Source of the DNA: Catajapyx aquilonaris
Taxonomy: Eukaryota
DNA: 64,000 bases
Direction: 5' to 3'
Assembly (NCBI GenBank): GCA_000934665.2
Contig: KZ538412.1
Location: 1 to 64,000 of the forward strand
Position numbers and translations under genes: made by a program
Shown: one piece after another, positions 38,401 through 49,182 of the stretch
How the letters are laid out: every line of letters starts with the position of its first letter
How positions within the stretch are numbered: the first letter of the stretch is position 1
Notes under the pieces: generated by a model
What the model saw: only the letters and a program-made list of their open reading frames with translations
The model's database searches: none
What the model was told of the DNA's origin: nothing

Positions 38401-39921
38401 TAATAGACCTGCAACATTGGCAAGCTCTTACTGCAGGCTCTGTATATTGCTGAACTGATGACTTGCTCTTCTGCCAGGCACTTCTCTTTTTGATTATGGG
38501 TGAGGGCGGGATTGACAAGAGTCGTGGGAGATGAGGTTCTTGCATACCATACATAACATCCCCACCCTTATCTCTCTGGCTGATCCCTTCCTCACCTGCA
38601 ATCAAGAATTGCCTGACAGAAGGTTTGTCAGTTCAGCTATGCACTAGGCCAGCAGAAGACAAGCTCTATGTAATTTGGCAAATCCTTGCAGTTGGTAAAC
38701 CCAGTAGAATTGACTAAATATGGCAGATGTCTCCTCTCAGGGTTCCTTACAGCTAGGCTGGTGAAGAAGATTGTGGGAAATGTACATTATGTTGTGCAAT
38801 TTACATATTTGAATCTGCATTAAAACTGTTCAGTGCTCAAACAGTATTTTTAGATGAGGGGAGGGGTCAAGTCCCATGGGTGGAAGTGGGAAGGGGCAGA
38901 AAAAAATAGGGGGAGATGGAGCTTCAACCACAAGGATTTGCTCAAAGACTCAAGTAACACTCAAGTATACACAGCGGAAGCCTAACTTGAGAAAAAGGGT
39001 TATCAACCCATCGACTCAAGCCCTACGGTGGCCAGAAGTATGGAACATTCTCTCTTCCGAATTATAGCCAGAGATAATTAGCAGATGGATTTTAATTGAA
39101 GATGTTACAATTATAGACCACTACAGTACTATGCAATCAAAATGCCTATAACCGTGTCTTAAAATAAATAGCGAATTCCAATTCTACAATTCCACTTCAT
39201 CTGGCCACCTGATAGAACTCAAGATAGAACTCATTCTGATTGGCTAGCTTGCAGTTTGAAGTTCATCCCATTGGCTTGCGTGAGAGTGGGCGGGGTTCCA
39301 AGTTAGACTTCCAATGACAATACCATTCATGATACTATCTCATATTTATGTCTAGTTGCATATTCAGAACTCACTATTGACCAAATCCTATTTATATCAC
39401 TTCCTTACCTTACTCAATTTGTCTATTGCCTCTTTTACATTGACAGAGTATTTTTTGGGCAGGCAAAGATGTCCTTCTGACCTAGTGGGGTCTGTATTCA
39501 CCCCTATCACTGGCTTCTGGTTGTCAGGAATGCGACATGCAGCAAGTAAAAAGGTGCCGTCTCCTCCAGTGCTAAAGATGACATCAGCCCAGTCGATGTT
39601 TTCCTTGGTGTAATCAAACCTATCGACTACACGGGTCTCGATCCCATGCTCCTCAAGGGTAGATTTCACTTTGGTTTCACAGTCCTTGTGAACGAAGTGA
39701 TGGTATCGCAATATGCTATAGTCAGAGCCTCGCTTGCGGAGCATACGTTCCAGTTCCTCCTCACTGAGTTTGGAATGTCTGTGTTTCTCAAACTCATAAC
39801 GAGATAGCTTTGTGAGAATTAGAGCTCGTTTAGGCTGGAACTGAGTGCCCTTTGCCGGAACTGTGCTGTAATAGCTGGCGCAGATTTGCTTGGCAGCAAC
39901 CCCTCCTGCAAGAAGCGTCAT
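23465..39921 (-). CDS. NADK2: NAD kinase 2, mitochondrial-type, about 431 aa
   Basis: Exons 39921-39409, 35319-35207, 32083-31984 and 24034-23465 join in phase (1296 nt). Motifs: LTKLSRYEFE, GGDGTFL, PVIGVNTDP..SEGHLCLP, LPVLALNE|VYIGE, KSSGLCVSSGTGSTSW, SRCFDACLVIDGG. An acceptor at 39960 implies an upstream exon, so the start codon is uncertain. Confidence 0.93.
25021..25369 (-). mobile_element. tRNA-derived SINE
   Basis: Head GGAAGGCGTGGTGGCCGAGTTGGT...GGTTCGAACCC, A-rich tail, 14-bp TSD CTGTATCAGGC(C/A)AC with one mismatch. Confidence 0.8.
25763..25986. mobile_element. hAT-like MITE
   Basis: CAGTGGTTTCCAACC...GGTTGGAAACCACT TIRs. Confidence 0.6.
26232..26340. mobile_element. Short hairpin MITE (same family as 1458-1576)
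   Basis: Self-complementary; shares AACTTAGCAGTACCA...TGGTACTGCTAAGTT with the 1458 copy. Confidence 0.7.
27811..28240 (+). mobile_element. tRNA-Ser(GCT)-like SINE (same family as 61081-61327)
   Basis: Head with GACTGCTAATC anticodon arm and B box; 10-bp TSD AGGAGATGGC (27801-27810 and 28241-28250). Confidence 0.8.
27960..28077. mobile_element. piggyBac-type hairpin MITE, TTAA TSD
   Basis: TTAA|CCCTGTAATGCCC...GGGCATTACAGGG|TTAA with arms of about 55 bp. Confidence 0.8.
29398..30551. mobile_element. Kolobok-like non-autonomous foldback transposon with a THAP-domain ORF in its spacer
   Basis: TTAA TSD at 29394-29397 and 30552-30555; purine-purine termini AGGGACACT...AGTGTCCCT; inverted arms about 29398-29739 and 30167-30551. 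Confidence 0.75.
29885..30094 (+). pseudogene. THAP zinc-finger domain remnant
   Basis: FCVVYKRRN...TYFALP....MRQWREAL......HRVCMDHF matches the THAP layout C..C / F.P / W / CxxHF. The second Cys position is Arg (CGC). The ORF stops just after the domain. Confidence 0.7.
30728..31636. mobile_element. Tc1/mariner-type MITE (TA TSD) with nested elements
   Basis: TA|CAGTACCATTCATAAAGAATGGTACGACTCTA...TAGAGTCGTACCATTCTTTATGAGCGGGACTG|TA. Confidence 0.7.
30973..31491. mobile_element. TTAA-flanked MITE (Kolobok-like ends)
   Basis: TTAA|GGCTGTGTATCACCCCC...GGGGGTGATACACAGCT|TTAA. Confidence 0.65.
32172..32281. mobile_element. Minimal hAT-type MITE, tandem dimer of ~55-bp palindromes
   Basis: Exact 8-bp TSD CTATAATG on both sides; TIR CAGGGATGGAAAAAGAACCGCTTC; units 32172-32225 and 32226-32281. 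Confidence 0.8.
32509..33389. mobile_element. PIF/Harbinger-type non-autonomous element, TTA TSD
   Basis: TTA|AGGGGCGTTCAGACGACGCAACTTGGTTG...CAACCAAGTTGCCTCGTCTGAACGCCCCT|TTA. Confidence 0.75.
33514..34786 (+). mobile_element. Tc1/mariner-superfamily derivative with two inverted 3' ends and a transposase C-terminal fragment
   Basis: Ends CAGAGTGGGGCAAAAGTCATGGGC / GCCCATGACTTTTGTCCCACCCTG|TA. Fragment FPGRVISRFGDIPWPPRSADLTTPDFFLWGYLKSLVF...LAELK//IPLDMLERVMKGFVRRLEECV. Confidence 0.85.
33982..34513. mobile_element. Kolobok-like palindromic MITE inserted in the Tc1/mariner derivative
   Basis: TTAA TSD at 33978-33981 and 34514-34517; TIR AGGGGCACTCCACTCAAAAGACAAGTTG is related to the 29398 element. 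Confidence 0.8.
36023..36531. mobile_element. piggyBac-type MITE, TTAA TSD
   Basis: TTAA|CCCTTTCATTCCCA...TGGGAATGAAAGGG|TTAA. Confidence 0.75.
38023..38041. other. Assembly gap
   Basis: Run of N. Confidence 0.95.
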
Positions 39922-42677
39922 AGTCAGTTGTGCTTCTCTCCTATTTAATACTGGACACCCTATTGTAAACAATACATCAGCAAAACTACAATGCCATTTG
40001 TAAATGGCAATGGACAACAGAAAACATCACAAGTTGCAGTGGGGCTTACTACATAAATCTCCAGGCATGTCAAAGTAATATTAAAATTCATATTTTCACT
40101 AAATTCAAATTTCAAATGAAATAAAAACTGAAAATATGGAGTTGTTCTTATCTGAATTAAAAGTTTATATTTAAAGCCTCAACAATGCTCCTTCAGAAAT
40201 TTGTTACAAGTAATCTAAATCTAGGCATATTTCATCATCATCATCATCATCGTCGTCGTCATCCCCATCACGACATTTCCCTAAAAGGTCTAGTCAGCGA
40301 TGACGGAGCCACAAGCTAACCCAAAATATGAATTAAATTAAAACTTGTAAAACTAAACCTATAAACAACCCGTCCCGCACCCCACCCCTGCCCATCTCGG
40401 ATGACAACAACATTAAATTTAAATATTACATTATGCAACCCGGTACTTTGAGAAATCATTATCAAGTACCCCCCCTTGGAAGAGGAATCAGCAACTGTTA
40501 AATTCCTCCACGTGTCTAGAATATTCTCCTCCAAACAACCAGAACACCCACAGGCCAGCGAGAAGAACCAGCATACGGAAATCCACACTCGATCTCCAAG
40601 TGCTGTGCAGGACAGAGAGAGAGAGACAGATACCCTTGCAAGCATGACTACCGGTGTCTACCTATGCATTACTATGCAAGAGATTATGCCTATCTCATTG
40701 GGTCTAAGCATATTTGCAAACCAATATATTATTTATTTTATTATTTAGTTTCAAACTCAAAGAATGACAATACCCAAAGAAAAAATATTCTTATATATAA
40801 CAATACTCAAACCAGTATCGTTTCGACAGCACTTTGACATGCCACTGATTAATATCTTAATTACATCTTCCCAAAAGAATTATTCAATATTGTTGCTCTG
40901 TGAACCCTGTTAAGCTCTTAGTAATCATCAACATCTGCCACTGCAGCATTTGAGGTCATAAAGTACACGTTAGGAAACGTGCATCAACCACTACTCCCCC
41001 TCCACCAATATAAATCACACGAGTGATTGCGTCAATGTCTTACGGCCCTAAAACAACTTAAATCACTTGGCCTATCAATATAATTATCTGCGTAATTATC
41101 ATATAACTATAAAAGGAACCACACACTCCAGTCTGTACAACTGCACATGGTACCAACAATGATAACATTTCATATGACAACAGCTGTCAACTCTATGCCA
41201 CCAATTAGTAGGCAGAGTACAGCCAACATGAACTGACATGAACATGCTGGGGAAAAAACTAGTGTATTTCCTCCATACTACACATTCAGCAACATAATGT
41301 GCAAACATATTCACACTTGTCACAAGCATTTCTTCTTGAATCCTACCTAATGTTGAATGTTATAAGCCATTATAACACTGCATTTTACAGCACTCCGGGA
41401 TAAATTTGTAGCAGGAATGTACACCCTTATTTACTGTGCAGCAACAACTGTCTCAAACAAAACCTGTTTCACACACCTAGCCACACAAAAAATTGCACCA
41501 CCTACAACAAGCATCGACTCCATTATGCCATTATACCCAGCTAAACTAGCCAGTGAAACCCACCACGCTTGAGAAGAAGAAGGCTCCGCATGTTCCGTCC
41601 GCCGTGGAGACAAAAATTGCAGCAGGAAGCCGGCATTCACCTAACACCACTTGGCTTCCATCTTGGCCTGCCTCCACCACCACTCAGCCAGCCAAAAACG
41701 GGCTCGATATAACAAAGCTAATACAAAATAACTAATACACACTCCATTGGGCCATGCCTGCCCATAACCACTTTTATAACTAATATTAAGCAATCAGCTA
41801 TAACTATTATATAAACTGCTCGATGCAATGGCAATTTACAAGTGATTCCTTCATTTTGCCATAAATGGCCGCTGCAGCGCTGCTTACCCACACTTGTGGC
41901 CACGTTGCCTGACTTCAAAATACTGAAAATTATATCATACTTTTTAATAATTTTGTCGACTGTACCTGATTACAATTTTACAGACGGAAATGAGTATACA
42001 GTTTTAACTAATCTTAATATTGTACGAACGAAACCAAGGAAGGGGTGAAGATATCCTTGAAAATGTCTATTGATTTTCTCTGAAAACCCGTGCTGAAAAC
42101 AGACTGCAGACTTCTTGGAACAAATGGCTGTTTTTATCCCAGCAGCAGCTTTTGTCTAGTTACCTGTAAAGAGTTTTTCGTCCTGGATTCTTCCATAAGC
42201 TTTCTCATGAGTCATTAGTCGTTGATATCGGTACGGCTAAGAACCAGCAGGACGAAACACAGACTCTATGCTGTTTGGGGCTGGATCAGATAAATGAGGC
42301 AAAATAAAATTTTATAATGGATAATTATATTTGTCAGACTAGAGAAGATTTTCATAATTCCTGTTCGACCACAGGATTTGTACTTGGAACAACATGTCAT
42401 TTAACAGTTAAAAATAAAGTCTTCATAAGGTTTGACAGTTATGCTCGTATGTAAAAGAGGTTATACGGGTTATACATTTGCACCTTTGGAATTGCCGCCA
42501 GGAACTAATAACATATACCTAAAACACTACATCAGCGCGTGTTTGAGCATCAAGAGTGACATTGAGCACATGAAGGCAGGTCAGAAGGCTACAGGAGTTT
42601 CTTTCCATACTGGAACACTTTGTTTCCCCCTCTCCATGGATATCCTGATGAAGACCGAGGTACAGGAAGTGTTGCAA

Positions 42678-42678
42678 G

Positions 42679-42747
<69 letters not shown>
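42678..42747. repeat. Compound (AT)n(AG)n microsatellite
   Basis: Directly visible. Confidence 0.95.
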
Positions 42748-42751
<4 letters not shown>

Positions 42752-43059
42752 AAGTGTTCAGATCCGGTCATGCACTTCTGCTGATGCACCACTGCCAGCC
42801 GTCACAGACACCAGGAACATCGGTTTACGAGAATAAGACCCAGTTGTATCAATGCACATTATGAGAAAATCTCCAATCATGTAGTATGGGTATCTTACTT
42901 TTTTTTTTTTTTCAATTTCTTCGTGCTGATACAATGGGTCATAAATGCACACACGTCAGACAGGCAACTGAATCAGAAAGGTCCGGACCCTCCACCTTCA
43001 GCAACATAAGTATCACATAATAAAACTGGACGGACACAATGACACCTGTTCTTTGAACA

Positions 43060-43543
43060 CTAATCATTCGGGGGACAGCAGCACATAATGAAAGGGCGTA
43101 ACAGACATGTCCAGAATCTTATTGCACATGATGCGTCTTCATCCACCATGGACCCTTCTTCATCCTGCATGGACCGTTCTTCATTCATCATGGCCTTTTT
43201 TTCCTGCTTGCTTGTTGTCTCTTCTCCAAATCTGCTGTCAGGTAGAAAACGAGTAGGTGGTCTTCTGTCTCCACCTGTGGAGATGCTGGGTGCTATATGT
43301 TTGGGTGTGTCTTCTGCACCAGTATATTCTCCTTCCAGTACAGGGTACATTTCCGAGACCTGCAGGGATTTTATCATATCTCTGAACGCCGGGTCAGCCC
43401 ATTCCTCTAGACCAGGTTGGTTTGGGTGCACTCCAGCCAGGTGCTCAACCAATTGATCGGGAAAGCGAAATGATGTGAAGCAATACTTGCAGCGAAGCAC
43501 AACCACACGGCCCTTTTGCAGTGGATAGAGAGCTACCTTCTCT
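43060..43543 (-). CDS. Terminal exon of a small protein with one C2H2 zinc finger and a Cys-rich C-terminus
   Basis: Acceptor gctttcctttcag| at 43544 opens a 484-nt frame to TAG. Contains CKYC-x12-H-x4-H and the tail CAIRFWTCLLRPFIMCCCPPND. The upstream exon is uncertain. Confidence 0.55.
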
Positions 43544-46144
43544 CTGAAAGGAAAGCACATTAGTAACCCTTACTCAGTATGAAACATGTATCAACACAAT
43601 TTCACTACATTTTGTCTGTTCATTCATAGCTGTAAACACATAAGCTTTATTAATCATTCTGCACAAGGAAATATGAGCAGTTCTCAGGCCAAAACAACAT
43701 GCAGAGGCTTAGTAGCCTACAAATAAACTTGGAACATGCAATCCTTGGATGACACTCGTGTAACAATGACCATGCGGTTATTAAAACATTAGTAGTTATT
43801 TTTAAAGTATATATATATTGGCCATGAACACATACTGCACACATACAGCAGCACTGTATACCTACACTGTGTGAAGACCCTTTTCCGGGGCAGTACCAAA
43901 ACTTCTAAGAGTTGAAAGCTACAAAAAGACAAAAGTGTTTAAATTGTATTGCTGACCCCTGAAGCCATGAGCTTCCAGATGAATTAAATGTTCACTTGGG
44001 GTCCCTTAATATTCCAATAAAAGTTGTGCAATATCTAATCAGAATTTTCAGACCCACATTTCACCTACAAGCTGCAAATTTTTTTGGGGGGGAACAGGGC
44101 CACAGCCTATATTAACCTTAGGTGACATTTACCAACACCTACAGTAAGATGTCACCTTGAAAAGAAAGCTGAGTCTCTCCATACACGCTTTTATGAACAT
44201 GCCTGCAACTAGAGTTGTCAAAAAATATTGTTCAGACTATTAAATGTTAGTATCAATATATGCATCAATCTAAATATTGTGCTCTACAAATATGAATTCC
44301 ATGCAACTGAGAATAAGATGTTGTACCATCAAATAGGGCAATCCTAATACACTTTCTATAGTTTTTTGACAGTAGCACATTACACATGTAGGAAAAATCC
44401 ATTTTGTGTAACTTGAACTGACTTACACAAATCAGTCGACAAAACATATATGTCATTCAGAGGTTTTTTAGATGAAATAATAGTGTTGAGCATTACCCCG
44501 TAACAGCCGTAATTCTGGTACAAACATTTGAAAATTACACCCAGTAGAGTGCCAAACATTGATGCCGCCTTAAAGAGGGTGAAAATAGCATTACTCCACG
44601 TGTGCAGGATTGCCCCGTTTGCTAGTACTACTGAAAGCAACTCACTAGGTGAATCCAAATGTTCAAATGGTCATTTATGATCATGCAGCTTACAGAAGTT
44701 TGATCAGTTCAAAAATTAAATAGAATTGGTAAACATGGAGGGTTATTTTTGAGTGTTAAAATTGTTAATTGTTAGGAGATGGCCAAGTGAATGAGTTGCT
44801 GAGTTATGAGTTATTGCGATATCTGGGAGGACAATAGTTTCAGACGAAAATGTCTGGTGGGCTGACTGGAGCTGGCATGTACTGAACAAATTAAGGAGTT
44901 TATATTAACGAGACATGTACAAAGTCATCATCACATTATGACATTAACATTTACTCTTCACCTCAGATGTACCCCAGCGAGCATAAAGATAGAGACGACA
45001 GGCCATTTTTTGACCTTTCTTTATCCGACTGAAATTAATGAACTCTTTTTGGACCGAGTTAGCTGCTTCAGGCGTGTGTTCATGTATTTATGACAGTATA
45101 TTTGATACTGTAATTGCTGAGATTGGCAGAGCAGCCTGCCGAAGGTGAGGGTCTGCCGTCTCCATCTTTATGCTCGCGGGTGTACATGGTTTTAAAAATG
45201 GTGTGGGTTGATAAGTTATCAACCCTTATCAACCCACACCACCCCTTTTATGCCTATAGCATATGCGAAACTCCTCACCCTCGGACTACCAGCGACTGTC
45301 TCAATATTTGTCAGGCTAAGTCATGTGCTCCTCCTCATTGCATTGGCAAATAGATGAATTCCCAATTCAATGCAAGTAGATACTAACAGCTACTTAGAAG
45401 CAGTAGGTGTTGGGCTAATTCTTCTACACACATTATTAATCTACACACAGGTTGACATCAAGGTGGTACTGGTTGGAGATCTTGTATATAAGACATTATG
45501 ACAATTTCAACTGCCTCAGATACATCACAAGCAAAGGAAGATGCAAGAAAACAAAATTGTCACTGATTCGTTACACTGTCGTATCTATAATTATGTTATC
45601 CCTGTACAGCATGTTTCAAAATTTAATTCATACTGTATTGGTATCAGTGGGAATTTTGTGTATGCTTGCATTTTTGTTTTGTTCCTTTGTTCCACTTTAA
45701 TAAGCTCTGTTTCTCGATTAGCATATTCCAACCTATTCCTCATAATGGTACCAACTCAACCAAATAGTGCAAGGTTCAGGGTGAGAATTACAAGGTTGTA
45801 ACTACATAGGATTTTCATTGCAGATACAACCTTGTAATTCTCATCCTGCGAAGGGTCATTCAGATGAAAGTGAGCCATCAACAAAGCACAGACATTCTTA
45901 TGAATAAGTCCAGGTAAAAATATCACAAATTTGAACAATCTCCCCTATCAGTGTTCTTAATATTATTTGGTTCGCATCTGAACGGTAGGAAAGCAAGAAG
46001 ATATTTCCAAAGGAATCCCCATGCTGACCTTATCAGGTCCACCTGCCATAAAGGTGCGAGTCATGAAGTGACATGAGATAGAGGGGCGAAGAGAATAAAA
46101 AGATGCAGTAATGATTTGGAATGCATATGGTTTATTCCAATGTA

Positions 46145-46302
46145 CAGTCGGTTAAAGGATTACCTTTCCACATGAGGCGGAGAAATTAGCCTCCAACAGA
46201 GGTGCTGCCTCCTCCTGATGCAATGACTCGCACTCCCCTAGGTAGCACCTCTGTTGGAGGGTAATTTCGCCTCATGTGGAAAGGTAATCCTTTAACCGAC
46301 TG
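46145..46302. mobile_element. Tc1/mariner-type hairpin MITE, TA TSD
   Basis: TA|CAGTCGGTTAAAGGATTACCTTTCCACATGAGGCG...CGCCTCATGTGGAAAGGTAATCCTTTAACCGACTG|TA. Confidence 0.8.
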
Positions 46303-46465
46303 TACACACCAAGGCCACTGAGATACTTTCCCACTGCTTCAAATGTCTGATACAGGTACCATAAAATTGCTGTTGCTGACAGACAGCATTGTCAGCAGAG
46401 ACAGTGCTGTGTCAGAGTTACGGCGACCCGACCATAAAGGCCCCGCGCCAAATAAATAATGTGTA

Positions 46466-46629
46466 CAGTGCTGGACATTAACGGTAGAGTACTGACAGCG
46501 ACATTTTCCGAGGCGGCAGAAGGGCACATCGAAGTGATGAAGTACGAGCCATGTGAGTAAGATATCGTAGGCTCTTCTGCCGCCTCAGAAAATGCCGCTG
46601 TCAGTAATCTACCATTATGTCCAGCACTG
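46466..46629. mobile_element. Tc1/mariner-type hairpin MITE, TA TSD (related to 15157-15318)
   Basis: TA|CAGTGCTGGACAT...ATGTCCAGCACTG|TA; shares CAGCGACATTTT.CCGA.GCGGCAGAAG with the 15157 copy. Confidence 0.75.
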
Positions 46630-46641
46630 TACTGGACATTA

Positions 46642-46825
46642 AGCTGTGTTTCCATGTGAGCGATTTGACGAGCGAAGTCTTCGCCAAGTGGTAACATCGC
46701 TGAGTAACCCAAGTAACCAGTATTGTTTGAGGTGAAAATTGATTGTTACTGTCACCTCAAACATTACTGGTTACTTCGCTTGGCGAAGACTTCGCTTATC
46801 AAATCGCTCACATGTAAACGCAACT
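46642..46825. mobile_element. PIF/Harbinger-type hairpin MITE, TTA TSD
   Basis: TTA|AGCTGTGTTTCCATGTGAGCGATTTGA...TCAAATCGCTCACATGTAAACGCAACT|TTA. Confidence 0.7.
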
Positions 46826-46915
46826 TTAGGTCCAGCAGCGGGACAAGTGTCTCAGTAGTCTTGGTGAATACACAGGAATAAACATTGCACTCCAAGTCAT
46901 AACTGCCTCCTTTAT

Positions 46916-47086
46916 AGGTGTGTTTACATGTGAGCGAATTGATCACGCAATGTCATCGCCGAGTGATAACATCGTTGAGCAACCTGTTACGATTGTTACC
47001 GTGATTGTTACTTTCACTCCAAATAATTGGATTCATCGCTCGGTGATGACATCGCGCGATCAAATAGCTCACATGTAAACGCACCT
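46916..47086. mobile_element. PIF/Harbinger-type hairpin MITE
   Basis: AGGTGTGTTTACATGTGAGC...GCTCACATGTAAACGCACCT. Confidence 0.7.
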
Positions 47087-49073
47087 TTATTCTGTCTTCC
47101 CCCCCTTTATCCCATATCACTCTGTGACTCTCGTCCTTATGGCTATTGAACCCAGTAAGGGGACCCTTGCCTACAATTTGGATACGAAATAAATTTAAAA
47201 TACTGGTAGATGATACGTTTCCGGATGTTTTGCACATTTTTACCTGGACTTATTTGTAACGATGTCTGCATATGGTTGACTTGCTCATTTTCACCTGAGT
47301 GAACATTGTAGAATATAATTATGTATTGCTATGCACCAAAAAATCATATTCCTGGTTCGGTGTTGTTACTGCCACCTTTGATTCAACTACAGGCTTTTGA
47401 AAAGTTACTCTTCACACTGCACCTGCCTTCTACTAAATCATTACAATATTATTACCGGTATAAATAATATTCAAGCCTCGCCTCCACAAAATGCACACAA
47501 CCCTAATTAGAAGTAACCACTATCAAATAACTAATGGTTCCTTTGTCTGAGCTTGTAAATTTGTAACTCACTGCCATGAAGCATCCCAAAAACACATGAA
47601 CTCAACGACAACTCACTCCTGCATATCACCAATGCGTACCAGCTGCTACATTATCCGCTCAGTATAACAAAAAATATTTCCCCGCATTCACATGGAAGAA
47701 TTCCACCTGCAAGAAAGTCACACTTGAATATTTCTAGTTTCCAACCAAGTACATAGCCCACTCATCCCAAAATATCTTTGCCATTGTTCTCCGCAGTCAC
47801 ATTACCTAGTACGCACCACTTTGAGATTCTAATGTCATCCATCCCTTGTCATACCAGCCCAGCCATCTTCCCCATGAAACCAGAAGGAAATATGAAAGTA
47901 TGAAATGGGTACATGAGATATGGAGGGTATTGGCATCTTACCTCATGCAGTTCCATGCCGGCTTTTCTTGGTCCCACGGGTCCCACGCCTAGCCGGTATC
48001 CCTAACCAGACACTCCATTCGAACACCAAGTATTAACAGACGCACACAAAACACTAAGAATATATTCTAAAAGCGCATATATATTTTATTATAAATTTAA
48101 TTTATTAATAATATATAGATGCGTATGTATTTTACAAACAATGTATTTTTGGTAACAAAGACCTTGTAGGCAACAAAGCTTAAACAAAGCTGAACGGAAG
48201 CCATGTTGTCTAGTCATGAAGCGGGAGGTACAAACACTGATCTATAAGGTACAAATCGATAATAGCGGGGGATTCAACTGTACTGTTCACGGTTGCTAAC
48301 TTGCTAGTGACCACTAACAATTAACAACCACTTAAATAAAAGAAGACTACAGAATGGCTACAGAGAAATATAACATGTGAGGCTATGTATGGATGGTTGC
48401 ACACATTCCAGGATATGGACGACAAAAAAACCTCGTACTGTACAGTACAGTATAGGGTATATCAATAACCAAATGAAATCTCTACATAAAATGATATCTT
48501 GTCACCGAGGATCTGCACCGATAAGTTTGTTAAGAAGTAGTAGGAACGACCAGGAATTTTATTATTTCAGTTTCGAACATGTGAACATCATCTGCGTGTG
48601 CATGTGTTATTATGAAGTCGGTGGAAGGTATCACCTCCGTTCTTATCCAAGCATACAACGAATAAAACAAGAAGACAAATCTTCAGATGGAAAATGACAA
48701 CAGGTCAGCCAAAAACGTCAGTGCTAATATCAAATCATTTCAACACAATATCTGTATGTACTAATACAAAAGAAGCCGATGTCCATATAAAAATAAATGA
48801 AACATTCCTATTATCGCCATGATATTTAATAGTTAATTTAGGTGCAACAACTGTACCATTTTCATGGATTTAGGCTGAAAATATCACTTTCATAACGGCA
48901 TTCCCATGCATCTGAGAGCAGTGATCACATTATCCCGTGTATCACACACTATTTAATTAATGGTGCCATGTATTATGCGGTAAATAATAATACGTATTCC
49001 GATAAACCAAGGACGAGCGCAGCAAACACGGATTTTCCTGGTGTTTTGGACGCAGCCGCTCTCTGGTGGAGAG

Positions 49074-49182
49074 TATAAAAGTTGGCAGAGTATGATGATG
49101 ATTACCATTCAGCGTTCTTTCGCGAATACGAGGAGGTGCGGGTCAGTTCCGTCATATCTTCCGCTCTACTTTCCATCTCACG
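49074..49182 (+). promoter_or_regulatory. Candidate TATA core promoter and non-coding first exon of the SLC17 gene
   Basis: TATAAAA at 49074-49080, Inr-like CCATTC about 30 nt downstream, donor CG|gtatgt at 49182. The SLC17 ATG exon has an acceptor at 52034 that needs an upstream exon. Confidence 0.4.

Noticed and set aside
38180..38605. 141-aa minus-strand ORF in NADK2 intron 1
   Set aside because: No motif or splice support, and the NADK2 exon chain is complete without it.
42640..42680. CTGATGAAGACC resembling a hammerhead ribozyme core (also CTGATGA near 26766 and CTGACGA near 19913)
   Set aside because: No closed stem II followed by GAAA and no stem I/III pairing could be built.
42432..42792. 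ORFs with IYIY/RERE or SLSL runs
   Set aside because: Translations of the microsatellite.
44962..45188. MACRLYLYARW mini-exon as a possible NADK2 transit-peptide exon
   Set aside because: The same sequence recurs inverted at ~45150-45188, suggesting a repeat fragment, and the donor is weak.
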